From contig JAGIQG010000006.1 in the NCBI GenBank assembly GCA_024679065.1, positions 95,604,001 through 95,668,000 of the forward strand: a stretch of 64,000 nt of DNA, given 5' to 3'. Shown piece by piece: positions 51,026 to 64,000 of the stretch. Origin of the DNA: Sphyrna mokarran (taxonomy: Eukaryota). How positions within the stretch are numbered: position 1 is the stretch's first letter; each line of letters begins with the position of its first letter. Under the pieces are notes generated by a model. It was given only the letters and a program-made list of their open reading frames with translations. It did no database searches and was not told the origin of the DNA. A program made the position numbers and the translations under genes.

Positions 51026-52512
51026 TGGGCACCATGATGGCATAGCAAAAGCATTTGATAAGGTGCCTCACAAAAGATTGCTGCAGAAGGTTAAGGCACA
51101 GGGAGTTAGGGATAGGGTGTTAGACTGGATAGAGGATTGGTTATCTAATAGGAAGCAGAGGGTAGGTATTAATGGGTGCTATTCTGATTGGCAGCTGGTG
51201 ACTAATGGAGTGCCCCACGGTGCCCCACGTCGTGCTGGGGCCTCAACTATTTACCATTTACATAGATGATCTGGAGGAAGGGGCAGAATGCAGGGTGACG
51301 AAATTTGCTGATGACACGAAGATGAGTGGAAAAGCAAATTGCATGGAGGGTGTGGAAAGCCTACAGAGGGATCTGGATAGGTTGAGTGAGTGGGCGAGGA
51401 TCTAGCTGATGGAGTATAATGTTAGCAAGTGTGAGGTTATCCACTTTGGTAAGAAAAATGGTACAAAGGATTACTATTTAAATGGAGATAAGCTGCAGCA
51501 TGCGAAGGTGCAGAGGGACCTGGGGGTCCTTGTGCACGAATCTCAAAAACACAGTATGCAGGTGCAGCGGGTGATTAAGAAGGCGAATGCAACGTTGGCC
51601 TTTATAGCTAGGGGGATAGAATTTAAAAGTAGGGAGGTACTTTTGCAGATGTATAGGGTGCTGTGAGGCTGCAGCTGGAGTACTGTGTGCAGTTTTGGTT
51701 GCCGCATTTGAGGAAGGATATATTGGCCTTGGAAGGGGTGCAGAGAAGGTTTACTAGGCTGATACCAGAGATGAGGGCATTGGATTATAAGGAGAGACTG
51801 AATAGGCTAGGTTTGTACTCTTTGGAGTTTAGAAGGCTGAGAGGGGATCTTATAGAGACGTATAAGATAATGAAGGGGATTGATAGGGTAGAGGTTGAGA
51901 GACTCTTCCCGCTTTGCAAAGATAGCAGGACTAGAGGGCACAGCCTCAAGATTAGGGGGGGTGGTTCAGATTGGAGTTGCGGAGGGGTTTCTTCATGCAA
52001 AGGGTGGTGAAGCTTTGGAATTCTCTGCCTGATGAGGCAGTGGAGGCTTCCTCACTGAATATGTTCAAGCCAAGATGGATAGGTTTTTAATTTACAAGGG
52101 AATTAAGGGTTACGGGGAGAAAGCGGGAAAGTGGTACTGAACCACTGCAAATCAGTCATGATCTTATTGAATGGCGGGGCAGGCTCAAGGGGCTGTATGG
52201 CCTATCCCTACTCCTATTTCTTATGGTTTTATGTTCTTATAGTGTTTCGCACTGCTGCCTCACAATACCAGGGACCTGAGTTCGATTCCCGGCTTTGGTA
52301 TCTGTGTGGATTCTGTACATTCCCTTGAGTCCACATGAATTTCCTCTGGGCCATCCAGTTTCCTTCCACAATCCAAAAAATATGCTGATTAGGTGCATTG
52401 GCCATGCTAGTGTATCCAAACAGGCACAGGAGGGTGGTGGCTATGGGTTTTCACCATAACTTAATTGCGGTGTTCATATAAGCCTACCTGGGACATAGAT
52501 AAATAAACTTTA
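51026..52512 (+). mobile_element. HE1/V-SINE-like SINE split by the CR1 insertion
   Basis: Head gggcaccatgatggcatag (51026-51045) resumes at ~52241 as tgtttcgcactgctgcctcac...gttcgattccc and ends aaataaacttt. Confidence 0.75.
51046..52240 (+). mobile_element. CR1 LINE, 5'-truncated, relatively young (RT C-terminal half and 3'UTR)
   Basis: KAFDKVPHKRLL, GPQLFTIYIDDL, KFADDTK, QRDLGVLV, LEYCVQFW, LRGDLIETYKIM. A few stops and frameshifts, including a 10-bp duplication of gtgccccacg at ~51210. Tail ttatggttttatgttcttat. Confidence 0.95.
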
Positions 52513-52529
52513 TGTAACACTCTTAGCCA

Positions 52530-53050
52530 ACCCTACATACGCACACTTGCTGTCACCTACCCACATATGTACATTCTCTGACACTCCCAACACACATACT
52601 CAAAATCTCTGATGCTACCCTTCACACACGCTCTCTATCATTGTACTTCCACACATACTGTCCGCCGCACCCCACATACACACTCCACTGACCCCCCACA
52701 TACATTTTCCGTGCAACCCCCCCATATACACACACATTCCACCGCCCCCCCACACACACAAACACACTCCGCCGACGTCTCCCCAGACACACTGCCACCA
52801 TCCCCCCACAAACACAGTCCATCACTCTCACCCCACACGCTCTCTGCCACCTTGTAAACACACACTCTCTGCTGCCCCACACACACACTGTTGTTTCCCC
52901 CCTCCCCCCACATGCTCTCTGCTGGCTCCCTCACACGCACTCTCTGCCAGCCCTCACAGATACACACACTCCACCACCTCCCCCACACACTTGCTGTCGC
53001 CCATGCCCCCACACACACACTCTCTGCCATTTCTCCCCTTACCCCAACCA
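52530..53050. repeat. CA/C-rich degenerate minisatellite (cacacactctctgcc-like units)
   Basis: Low-complexity tandem units; source of the spurious CV/HT-rich ORFs. Confidence 0.85.
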
Positions 53051-53945
53051 ACAGTCTTTCAGAGAGAAGTTGAAGAAAGACTTCCTGACTCTCAGAGTGG
53101 ATGATCTGGAACTTGTTCTTTGTAAGGATTACAAAGGTAGAAATACACAAAGAAAACTTGCATATGCACTTGTGGTGCAGTAACCTGCAGGGCGACAGAC
53201 CAAGAACTAAAAGATTGGATTAAACAATAGCCATTTATTGGTTAGCACAGACATGACGTACTGAATGACTACCTCCTGTGCTGCACATCTTTTGATGCTT
53301 CTATCACCCTGTGCATAGTCACTAAACAACTTTGGTTCAGGATCCAGCAGCTATACTGGTAAAAACAAATTGTATCTGTTAAATTTATTGAAGTAAAAAC
53401 TGCAAATGCTGCAAACGATCTAGCAGGAAAGATTGCATTTGTGAAGAGCGAAATAAAATTACTGTTCGAGACCATTGACCTTTTACCAAAACCCAAACTT
53501 ATTTCAGTTGATAAAGGAAACACAATTGAGATTGTGCATGTGGATTTTCAAAAGATATTTGATAAAATCCCTCGTGTGGGTCTTGCTGATAACGATAAGG
53601 CACATGTTATTTAAGGGAATGAGATATCCTAATTTTGAAAGTCAGCTAAAGGTCAGAAAATAGACAGTCATCATTAATTAATGCTTTATGAATTGGAATG
53701 ATGCAAGAATTAGGTCTTTTATAAATAATGAAAGGAACAATCTAGTTAATGTTAAATCTAGTGTAGATGAAAGTTTAGGCCCCAAATTTTAAAACAAGTT
53801 CTCAGGTCATGGGCATTGCTAACAAGACTAGTAATTATTGTCCTTTGGTATTCCCCCTAAGCTGTGTTGCTTTCTCAGAAGATCAAATGAAAGCTAAGAG
53901 TTAACCATATTGATCTGAGGCTAGAATTGCAAAGAAACCTGATCA

Positions 53946-55495
53946 GAACCTCCTCAGACATCCCCAGCATCACAACCAAACTTCAGTCCGCATTATATCA
54001 AGAAACAGCTGAAGGCACTGGATAGTGTAAATGGCCCTGACAATATTCCAGGAATAATCCTGTTCTAGAACTTGCCACACCATTAGCCTAGTTGTTCCAG
54101 TATAGCTACTAGACTGGCATTTAGCCAGCAATGTGGAAAGTTGCCCACATATGTCCTGTACACAAAAGCAAAAAAAATCCAACCCAGCCAATTACTGCCG
54201 CATCAGTCCATATTCACAATCACCAGTAAAGTGCGGGAAAAGGATCATTAACAGTGCTATCAAGTGGCACATGCTTAGGAATGACTGCTCACTGATGCTC
54301 AGTTTGGGTTCTGCCAGGGTCACATAGCTCCTGACCTCATTACAGCTTTTGTTCAAACGCAAACAAAAGAGCTAAATTCTAGAGATGAGAGTGACTGCCC
54401 TTGACATCAAGGCAGTGTTTTACTGAGTGTGGTGGCCCTAGCAAACCCTAGTTACCCTAGCAAAACTGGAGTCAGTGGGAATAAGGGGGAAGCTCTCCAC
54501 TGTTTGGAGTTGTATCTAGCATAAAGGAAGATGGTTGTAGTTGTAGTAAGCCAATCATCTCAGTTGCAGGACAACACTGCAGGAGTCCCTCAGGGTAGAG
54601 TCCTAGACCCAACCATCTTCAACTGCTTCATCAATGACCTTCCTTCCAACATAAGATCAGAAATTGGGATGTTCGCTGATGACTGCTCAATATTCAGCAC
54701 AGTTTGTAATACTGAAATAGTCCATGTCCAAATGCAGCAAGAACTGGATAATATCCAGGTGTGGGCTGGTAAGTGGTAAGTAACACAAGGCATGATGATC
54801 TCTAACAACAGAGAATCTAACCTTGACATTCAATGGCATTAATATCAATTAATTCCTCATTATCAACATCCTGCATGTCACCAATGACCAGAAACTGAAC
54901 TGGATTAATTAACTGTACAAATACTGTGACTACAAGAGCAGATCAGAAGCCAGGAATCCTGTGGTGAGTGATTCACCCCTTAACTCCCCCAAAGTCTGTC
55001 CACCCTGTACCAGATACATGTCAGAAATATGCTGGAATATTCTCCATTTGCCTGGATAAGTGCAATTCCAACAACATTCAAGATGATTGACTCCATCCAG
55101 GGCAAAGCAGCCCATTTTATTGGCGACCCTTCCACAAACTTTCATTCCCTTTTCACTATCACACAGTGGCAGAATTTTGTATCATCTATAAGAAGCACTG
55201 CAGAAACTCATCAAGGCTTCTTAGGCAGTACCTTCCAAACCCTTGACTGCTACCATCTAGAAGGATAAAGGAAGAAATACATGGGAACACCACCACATGG
55301 AAGTCTGTCTGCATCCTGGCTTGGAAATATGTCACTGTTCCTTTAATGCAGCTGGGTCAAAACCCTATCTGTACCTACACTACAGGGACAGCAGCAGTTC
55401 AAGAAGACAGCTCAGAAACACCTTCTCAAGGCAATTCGGGAATTGTAATAAATGATGGCTTGGTTAGCAATATCAACATTTGTAAATGTATTTTA
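53946..55495 (+). mobile_element. CR1/L2-group LINE with RT remnant
   Basis: KSNPANYCRIS, GVPQGRVLDPTIFNCFINDLP, GMFADD, LEYSPFAW; 3' end cagcagttcaagaag...tctcaagggcaatt. Confidence 0.9.
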
Positions 55496-55549
55496 AAGAA
55501 AGTAAGAATAGTGGGCTTCCTTTCCTAAAGAATGTTCACCAACTAATTT

Positions 55550-56600
55550 TTTTTACAAGAATCTGACACTTTTCAATAAAATTCCAAATAAGAAACTGTT
55601 AATAAAAAAGAACTTGGAATTGGAACAATCTATTGACATAAGTGGGAATCTATTCAGAAATAGAAGCAGAGAGTATGGATCATGGGTATGTACATAAATT
55701 GGTGGATTGTGACTGGTGGTTTCTCCAGAGTTCTGTACTGAGGTCACAGCTTTATACTAGATTTACAAATCACTTAAAAGAATAGAGTCATATGTGTAAG
55801 TTTGCTTCAGACACAAAGTTGGACAGATGGGAACTAATGGCTGTAAGAGGCATTGATCAGATTAAGTAAGAGGACAAAACTGTAGTAAATGGATATTATT
55901 AAGGAAAAGCATAAATCATCATATTTGGATACAAGAAAGATCAAAGTATTTTCTAAATAGTGAAAAGCTAGGATCCAAGTGCTGGAATCACTAAAAGCAT
56001 ATACAGAAAGTAATCTAAAAGGTTAGTGGAATGTTGTCCTTTAAATCAAGGAGGCTGAATATAAAACAAAAAAATTATGTTACAGCAATATACAGCTTTA
56101 GTTAAACCACATTTAGACTACTATATTAAGTCCTGCACACCATACCTGAGAAAAACTATGTTGGCTGTGGAGAGCATGCAGTGCAGATTTACCAGAATGA
56201 TATCAAAGGAATTAAAGTGTGAGGTCAGGTTGCAACTCAAGGCTTGTATGCTCTTGAATACAAAAGATTCAGAAATTATCTACTTGAACTAGTTAGGAAT
56301 TGATAGGGTAAATAGAGAGGAATGATTTCCTCTGGTGGGGGTACTCAGAACAAAAGGGTATTATTTTAAAATTAGAGCGAGGCTGTTCAGTGGTGATGTT
56401 AGACAGCATTTCTTCAAGTTAAGGACAGTGGAATTGTGGAGTTCCCTCCCCCCAAAACTGTTGAGGCTAAGTCAATTGTAAATTTCTAAACCAATAGATA
56501 TTTGTTAGGTAAGGGTATTAAGGAGTAGGGCACAGATCAGCCATGATCAAATTGATTGGCAGAACAAGCTTCAGGGCTGAATGGCCTCTTTCTATGTTAA
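55550..56600 (+). mobile_element. CR1 LINE, heavily decayed
   Basis: MLQQYTALVKPHLDY...QCRFTRMI; 3' end cagggctgaatggcct. Confidence 0.8.
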
Positions 56601-56726
56601 TGTTCATTTTTATTAATACCATAAATTTAAAAATGTAAAATTGCCATTGGTGGGGTTAAATTCACATTCACTGGAAAACCAGTAATATAGCCACTACATT
56701 ATACTCATTGTAGCTGGAATATAAAA

Positions 56727-57775
56727 GATAGAACATTACAGCATAGTACAAGCTCTTCGGCCCTCAATGTTGTGCCGTGCTACGTCCAATCCCAAGATCA
56801 AGCTATCCCATCCCCTATCATTCTGGTGTGTTCCATGTGCCTATCCAATAACTGCTTGAAAGTCCCTAAAATGTCCGACTCCACTATCACAGCAGGCAAT
56901 CTATTCCACACCCCTGCCACTCTTTGAGTGAAGAATCTACCTCAGACATTCCTCCCATATCTCCCACCATGAACCTTATAATTACGCCCCCTAGTAACAG
57001 CTACATCCACCCGAGAAATAGCCTCTGCACGTCCACTCTATTAATCCGTTTCATCATCTTATAAACTTCTATTATGTCACCTCTCATCCTCCTCCACTTC
57101 AGAGAGAAAAGCTCCAGTTTCCTCAACCTTTCCCCATAAGACCTACCCTCCAAACCAAACAGCATCCTGGTAAATCTCCTCTGCACTCTCTCCAGTGCTT
57201 CCACATCCTTCTTATAGTGAGGTGACCAGAACTGAACACAATATTCCAAATATGGTCTCACCCAAGTCTGGTATAGTTGCAGCATAACCCCATGGCTCTT
57301 AAACTCAAACCCCTGTTAATAAACACTAGCACGCTATAAGCCTTCTTCATGGCTCTATCCACTTGAGTGGCAACCTCAGAGATCTGTGGATATGAACCCC
57401 AAGATCTCTCTGTTCCTCCACATTCCTTAGTACTCTGCCGTTGACCCAGTAATCTGCATTCAAGTTTGTCCTACCAAAATGAATCAACTTGTCGGGGTTG
57501 AACTCCATCTGCCATTTTTTGGCCCAGCTCTGCATCCTGTTAATGTCTCTTTACAGCCTCCACCTCATCCGCTACTCCACCAATCTTGGTGTCATCAGCA
57601 AATTTAATAATCCACCCTTCAATGCCCTCTTCCAAGTCATTGATAAAAATCACAAATAGCCGATGACCCCGCACTGACCCCTGTCATACACTGCTGGTAA
57701 CTGGTCACCATTTTGAAAATTTTCCCTCCACCACCACCCTCTGTCTTCTATGAGATAGCCAATTACTTATCCAAT
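56727..57775 (-). mobile_element. CR1 LINE 3' portion
   Basis: MLQLYQTWVRPYLEYCVQFWSPHYKKDVEALERVQRRFTRM and KWQMEFNPDK...QRDLGV; reversed tail gatagaacattacagc at ~56727. Confidence 0.92.
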
Positions 57776-58290
57776 GGTGCCTAGCTTTGGGTATTCTACT
57801 TCATAAAGAATGTCAAAGAGCTAGCAGGATTCAGGAAAGATTTACTTAGACCTCAGCTGGAATATTATGTCCAATTTTGGGCAAAATGTTTCAGAAAGAA
57901 CGTCAATACCTCAGACAGGATGCAGAGGGGGACTTACTGTAAGGTCTTTGGTTACATGGATAGACTTGAGAAGCTGAACTTATTTTCTATGGAGTTGAGA
58001 CGGTTAAGAGGATACTTAATAGATCCAAACTCATGAATGCTCTTATTATGGTAAATAAAGAGAAACGGTTTCCAATGGCAGAAAGATTGATAACCACAGG
58101 ACACAGATTTAAGATAATTGGAAAAAGAACCAATAGTGAAGAGAAAAGAAGCTTTCAAAAGGAATTGAGTAAATATTTTGAAGGGAAAAGCTTGCAGAGT
58201 TAGGAGGAATAGGACAAAATAGATAGCTCTTTGAAAGCATTGGCATGATGGGGCAACTAGCCTTCTTCTTTGTGAAATTTTCCATGATTG
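57776..58290 (+). mobile_element. CR1 fragments, decayed
   Basis: agacctcagctggaatattatgtccaattttgg (RPQLEYxVQFW) and accacaggacacagatttaagataattgg. Confidence 0.7.
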
Positions 58291-59514
58291 CAGGGGTGAA
58301 AATCCCCACTTATGGACTGAAGGAAACAGGGTTTCTTTTTAATGAGAATAGATAAAGTTACAAGGAGATCTGATAATATTGTTCGAAAGTGTAAGTAGCA
58401 CTCATAAAATAAAATATTAAAAAACTATTTCAAAAGTTGGTGAGGCAGTAACTGGAATTATTACCAAAAGGAAGCAGCAGGAAAATGTAATTTTTATAGA
58501 GAATTGTTAGGGCACGGAATTTCTTATCAGAAACATGGTGGAATCAGAATCCATGACATTACATTAAAGTCTATAACATTTATAAAGGAAGTAAGTATAT
58601 GTTTTGTTTTGGAAGAGTTTAAAAAAAGAGCAGAGAGATGAGACGAAAATGAGAGTTTATTTAGACAGGCAGCATACATGGGCTTGATGGGCAATATGGC
58701 CTCATTCTGCCATGTAAAATTCTATGATTCCACACTATACAACTCATGGACATACTCTGATACCACAATGCTTTCCTGCTGTTGGTAATTGGGGCAAAGA
58801 TTTCTTAAGTTAGTTTTGCTCATTTTTGTAATTCCATTTAATAGCATCTAAGTGGCATCACCAACCACCTTATTGGGGATGATCAGAGTTTAATATGAAT
58901 TATTTGAACTTTTATTTGTTGTTTCCATGGTTATGGAAAGAAATTGATTGATACCAAAGGAGAAAATACAAAGTCATTACAATTCCTACAGTTAAAAAAA
59001 TGTTTCCAAGTGTTCAGGAAGTATATTTTCCAATATATTTCATCAATTATAATAGTTTCTACACTTTTTATAAGGCTGGCACTCTTTTCATGCTCACTAA
59101 ATTTATCAGAAGGTAAGAGAAGTGGATCATCTGATTTTTTACTGGGTAAATCTGTGCTATATATACATACATATACATGTACTTGTGGGTGTATGTTATG
59201 AATGAGTGTATTATGTCTGAAAATTGATTGCATCTTTCATCTATAAAGACTTTAAATAGTGCTTAACTTTACATGGGTAAAAACATTTTAATAGGGGTCA
59301 AATCCAAATTTCTAGCATAGAAAAGGCAGTAGGAATGTGCGACGTGTTACCCTGGCACATATTATTCAGTCCACAGCCTGAGACTAAGCAAACTAAAAAT
59401 TTTACTCTTGCAGAAAACTTTTTTTTTACTCATTCAAGAAATGTGACTATGCTGGCTAGGCCAACATTGTTGCCTTACTCTGCCATATAAAGTTCTATGA
59501 TTCAACGCCATTAA

Positions 59515-59945
59515 GCATGGTGAGAAAGGATATATTAAGGCATTTAATATTGTTGACAGCAGATAAGTCACCAGGCCTGGGTGAAATATATCCCAAGCTG
59601 ATCAGAAAAGCAAATAGAGCAGATCTGACCATTATTTTCCAATTCTCTCTGGCTACAGGAATGACATTGGAGGAATGTTAATGTTGCACTGTTGCTTTCT
59701 AAGAGAGAAAGGAATAGACTGAGTAATTGTAGGTCAGGCAACCTAACCTCAGAAATAAATTCTGAGTGATAGTATTAATTTTCATTTAACCAGACGCAGA
59801 TTAATCAAGGGCAGTCACTGTGGATTTATTGAGAAAAAGTCTTGTTTAACCAACTTAATTGAATTTTTTGAGGTGGTAATATGATGGTTGATGCGCGTAG
59901 CCAGTTTGAGTTAATCTTAGTGGATTTTAGCGAGGTTTTTGACAC
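59515..59945 (+). mobile_element. CR1 ORF2 internal fragment
   Basis: gataagtcaccaggcctg (DKSPG) and tcttgtttaaccaacttaattgaatttttt (SCLTNLIEFF). Confidence 0.7.
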
Positions 59946-60030
59946 GGCAGACAGGCCAAAAACTTAACCATCCATCCAACTGCAGGTGACCGCAAGGGCT
60001 GGGGTGCATTATTGACTCTAATAATCACAT

Positions 60031-60560
60031 TGTAATTTGACGTTTTTAAGTTTCCTTTGTAAGATGTTTTTGTTCAGGCTGTTCCCCTTCCTTTTGGGGA
60101 ACTGCCCCTTTTACTTTGTCTTAATTTAATTTGAGCTTATTTATTTGGTTTGACCTTGAAAGAGGCCAACTGAAGGTGGCCAACAAACTCTTAACAAGAG
60201 AAATCCCATCCTACTGCTCTGATTGGTTGGGATCTGGGTCTGTGACAAGAACCCACCCAGCATTCCTAATTGGCCTAATTTATCCAGTGTCTTTGGATAA
60301 GGCCCAGAAGTCTGAATGTTCAACATGTTTAATGTTAATTGTGCATTAATCATGTTTAAATGCAAGTAAGTGGAGCATATTGATTAGACATTCATTTGAG
60401 CCCTATAAGTAATCACAGGCTTAAATTGTGGTGTTTGTGTTGAGAGGTGAATGCTTGCAATGTGTAATTCTATAAATGAAAATACAGGTTTCTAAAGATT
60501 GGATCCTGTTCTTTCCTTCTCACATTGGTTTTCTGATATAGAACATGGTAGCTGAGAATC
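60031..60560 (+). mobile_element. LTR (TG...CA, 60031-60545) followed by a tRNA-iMet-like PBS remnant
   Basis: Starts TGTAA and ends GAACA. Internal ATTGG boxes and TATAAG at ~60404. Directly followed by TGGTAGCTGAGAAT, similar to the iMet PBS TGGTAGCAGAGGAT. Confidence 0.55.
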
Positions 60561-61269
60561 TTGCCGACAAGTGAAGTTGGAAGTTAAGAAAATAAAAATT
60601 CAGACAGAAAATTATAATCCTAGTAACAATTATGAAAAATTACAGAAATTAAATGTAAATTAACCCCATTCTCCAGGAATGCCCATGGAACAGTTAGTAT
60701 GACCTTTAGCTGTGACTTGACATATCATTATGTGACAACTTGCTCAAAGCAGAGAGGCAGGATCCCTGAAATGATACATGACGAAGTAAATTCTGAGTAA
60801 GAGGGTGAGGATAATAATGAATCTGAACAAATTATATTGCTCACAAGGAGTTTTAGTCCTATGATGTATGAGTGAGTTGAGGACTTATTAAACTGTGCAT
60901 TGCTAAGCAGTTCTTGTACTTTGACAGTACATAGAACAGATTGGCTAAAATTTTATCTTAATTCATTAACACATGAGGATCGATTAAAAAAAATCAAAGA
61001 ATATAAACATATTACTTTCTGTGGGTTGAGGGATGATGACAACACATTGAGGTCATGAAATATAATTACAATTCAATGTAGAAAAGCTGTGCTAGACTAT
61101 TTTCTATCATTGACATAGTCCTTAATAAGATATCTATGCTGCTGAACTAATTTTCTATGAAAAAGGCACAGGATTGCTTTGTTGGCTATAAATTAGTTCA
61201 ACTCACTCCTGGAAGCTTCCCATCCTCATCTTCCTTTAAATCTATGGTCATCTAAAACTCTGTCTTCAT

Positions 61270-61730
61270 GTTCCAACTTGCACACTTCTCCATTCACCTG
61301 TCATCCTTATGCTCGTGAACATAAATTGGCTCCCGGCTAAGCAATATCTCAAGTGTTAAAAATTCAGATCTTTGAGGTCCAGTCCTTCTATGGTCTCCCT
61401 GGCTTGATAATTTCATCCAGTTCTACAGCACTCTCAGATATCTGCAGTCCTCCAATTCTGGACTCTTGCATACCCCAATTTTAATTACTCAATTACTGAC
61501 AGCAGTATCTTCAGCTGCTGTGCCCTAAGTACTGGAATCTCTCCTTAAGCCTTCTCATGACTCTTTCTTCCTTTAAGACACCCCTTACAACCTATCTCTT
61601 TGATTAAACTTTTGGTGGGCTGTCCCAATATCCTTCTGTAACTCAATGGCAAAAAGTTAGTTTAATAACATTTTGGTGAAGTATTTTGAAACGTTTTTCA
61701 ACATTACAGCAAATAGGCAAATGCAAGTTG
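61270..61730 (+). mobile_element. L2-type LINE 3' remnant
   Basis: ccattcacctgtcatccttatgctcg...ttcagctgctgtgccctaagtactggaatctctcc...aaatgcaagttg. Confidence 0.6.
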
Positions 61731-61984
61731 ATTTTCTTGTTTCTGTTGGGTTTGGGGGTCAGAGCTATGGGCTCATCAGGAGCAGAGGAGATTTTACTCT
61801 TCTAGGCGCCACTCCCTCCCTTATCCCATTATATTACATACCAATCCCACCCTGGTGACATCAAGCCCACTTCAAGTGACATTAAGCCCCACCTTAAATT
61901 ATATGCTCACCCTGAGTTCACACAATACAAGCCAAAAAAATACAGAAAAGTATACAAATCATTACTTTGATGCTTTTTAATTTA

Positions 61985-62245
61985 TGAAAACAAGCCTATA
62001 ATTGATGAATTCAAATCCATAATGCAAGCCACAGGAACCCAAAAAAGTTCAAGTAAACAAATCACTGCTCGTTGCTTAAGTGCTTTGTAACTGGTGAAAA
62101 CAAGCATTAATTGATGAATTCAAATTCAAATCCACAGTGCAAGCTGCAAAAATATGAAAAAACACAAATAATGAGTCACTGCTTTCCTGCTTTAGTGCTT
62201 AATAACATTTGAAAACAAGCCTGTAATTGATGATTTCAAATCTAA
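61985..62245. repeat. Tandem repeat, ~110-115 bp unit, about 2.3 copies
   Basis: tgaaaacaagc...aattgatgaattcaaatc begins at ~61985, ~62095 and ~62210. Confidence 0.85.
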
Positions 62246-62709
62246 GCCTACCTGTTATCAGCTTAACGGTAGAGATGGTCAATATTGCGATCTATTTGGC
62301 TTGAAGCGAGCAAACATGGAACTGGCCAATGAGAATGCGATGGAGAAATCCGCCAATCATGTGATTGCAGCACAGCACTGGCCAGTGCAGGACAGAATGA
62401 GCCAGAAAAAGTATAGAGCAGGATCAAATGCCCTATTCAAGTGAAACCCAGTGAGTCCAAGTCCAATATCAGTGGCTTTGCTAACAATGTCTGTCTGGAT
62501 TGCATTCTTTGTTTGAAAGAGATTTTCTGAAAGCCAATGTTGAGAATGATGGGGGATGTGGTTATTCACTAGTTACCAGTGTCTGCATGTGATATCAGAT
62601 AAACAAATGTTGATCCCATTTGATGAACAGAACTTAAACAAGAGATATGGAAAAGAGACATTTTTAAGATATTTTTCCTTCATTAGTTGTTTGCAATTCA
62701 TGGCAATTT

Positions 62710-64000
62710 AGCTTTTTTCCGCACTTTTTCCTTCACAAAATCATCAATAAGTTCATCATAGGTAAAATCTCGAAAGGATGCATTTTCAATCATCAGTATT
62801 GCCGAACTTGTCAAATGTTTCTGATGCATCATCTTTGCAAATAATTTTTAACTCTTTCAAATGAGAGAAACAATGTTCACTGGAAGCATTTGTGACAGGT
62901 ATTATTAAAAATATTTTCAGAATTGTTTCCACATACGAAAAGGTTGCCTGCAAATTATCACATATAAAGTTTATTTATTAGTCACAAATAGGCTTACATT
63001 AACAGTGCAATTAAGTTACCGCAAAAAGAGATTCACTTTTACACTGCATATGCACTTACAATGTGTCAGAAATAATATTGACAGTCTCAATAATGATTTT
63101 TCACTTTCCCTTTTAGTGATTTCATTGCCTCTAGTTTCATTTAAAAAAAAACTTCCTGCATCATTTTTGCTTCTCATCATCAGTAGAACCTATATTCTTT
63201 GTTAAGGTTTGTGCCTCTGTTTCAACTGAGACATAGTCATTTTGAGTCCCCATGACAAAACATTCGATAAAGCTATAATCAACATTTTGAATGATTTGCT
63301 GATAGCATTGATTCTTTGAAGTAAATGCTTCCACGAAACAGCAAAACTGCAATATTGTACATTTCAAACTTCTCTGTTAGGGAATTTGCTTCAGCTTTCA
63401 CATGTGATTTCTTTGAATTTGATGTGGCTATGTCTGATAAGCATTTTTTTTATATTGACAAAGTTCAGTTCCAAAGCAATGTCTGCATGAGCTGACTATT
63501 TTGTATCAAAATTATTTTGACCGTCAAATGTTTTGCATGTGCCTGTTCCAAGCATGATTGCAGCGTATTCCACTAATGCGTGGAAACTGAACAAAATGCA
63601 TACAACTTTTGAACAAAGTCAAAAAATGTATAGCTGTTTCACACAATTGAGCTGCAGCATTGCAGATTAAATTCAAGAGTGACTGGAACATGAGATGAAT
63701 AATGCACAGGGGGTTGCATCCTTCAGTTTACTTGTAGTCCTGAATATTTTTCTGTCATATTTGCAGCATTATAAAATGACAAACAGCTGTCTTTTTGCCG
63801 AGCTTCACTTTCTTGCCTCACCTTCAATTTTCTGCACTTTGACTGCCAGGTAAAAGTTCATACTGATTGATTTTAACAAATTAATTTTCTGAAAGAGCAA
63901 GCTTATTTTGCTCTCTTCAATCCTAGGTATTTACATCTGGTACTTTCCTGATATTCCTGAAATCATGAGAACAAATTGCTCCTGCTCATGTGATATCTTG
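62710..64000 (-). mobile_element. hAT-superfamily (ZMYM1-like) transposase fossil, runs off the window end
   Basis: Minus-strand remnants DNAANMT..YSGLQ (~63760), CSSHS-NL (~63680), VTNASSEHCFSHL..VKNYL (~62880), ILMIEN...YDELIDDF..EKVRKK (~62750; dimerisation domain). Many stops and frameshifts. Confidence 0.85.
62966..63028 (-). mobile_element. SINE/LINE 3' tail inserted in the hAT fossil
   Basis: aaagtttatttattagtcacaaataggcttacattaacagtgcaat is the reverse of the SINE tail at 36030-36080. Confidence 0.7.

Noticed and set aside
50814-52010. Active reverse transcriptase gene
   Set aside because: 5'-truncated CR1 with a stop codon and frameshifts; the start of ORF 50814 is non-coding flank.
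52612-53150. Overlapping CV/HT-rich ORFs
   Set aside because: Low-complexity CA repeat.

Overview
Vertebrate genomic DNA, most likely a cartilaginous fish (shark), judging by its HE1/V-SINE-like, DeuSINE-like and CR1 repeats. The window holds the 5' half of PAX5 on the minus strand. I resolved two alternative first coding exons: 1A at 42348-42387 (MEKNGSALRSVRS-G) and 1B at 29505-29547 (MEIHCKHDPFAAMH-R). Exons 2-5 (166/198/65/132 nt, all GT-AG and in frame) encode the paired domain, the octapeptide YSISGILG and the NKRKR NLS. Exon 6 onward lies beyond position 1. Both promoters sit in a ~26 kb CpG-retaining, LINE-poor domain (~20.7-46.6 kb). The flanks carry decayed CR1/L2/Tx1 LINEs, SINEs, a U2 snRNA-derived element, an LTR with a PBS remnant and a hAT transposase fossil. 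Almost all ORFs in the supplied track are spurious or repeat-derived. I see no new protein-coding system. The most unusual signals are regulatory: a phased array of six CCAAT boxes at ~31 bp period, an exon 1A orthologue, a possible third first exon, a CpG-rich island in intron 5, and a U2 copy interrupted next to its branch-point sequence. All comparisons to other species are recalled, not searched, and repeat boundaries are approximate.
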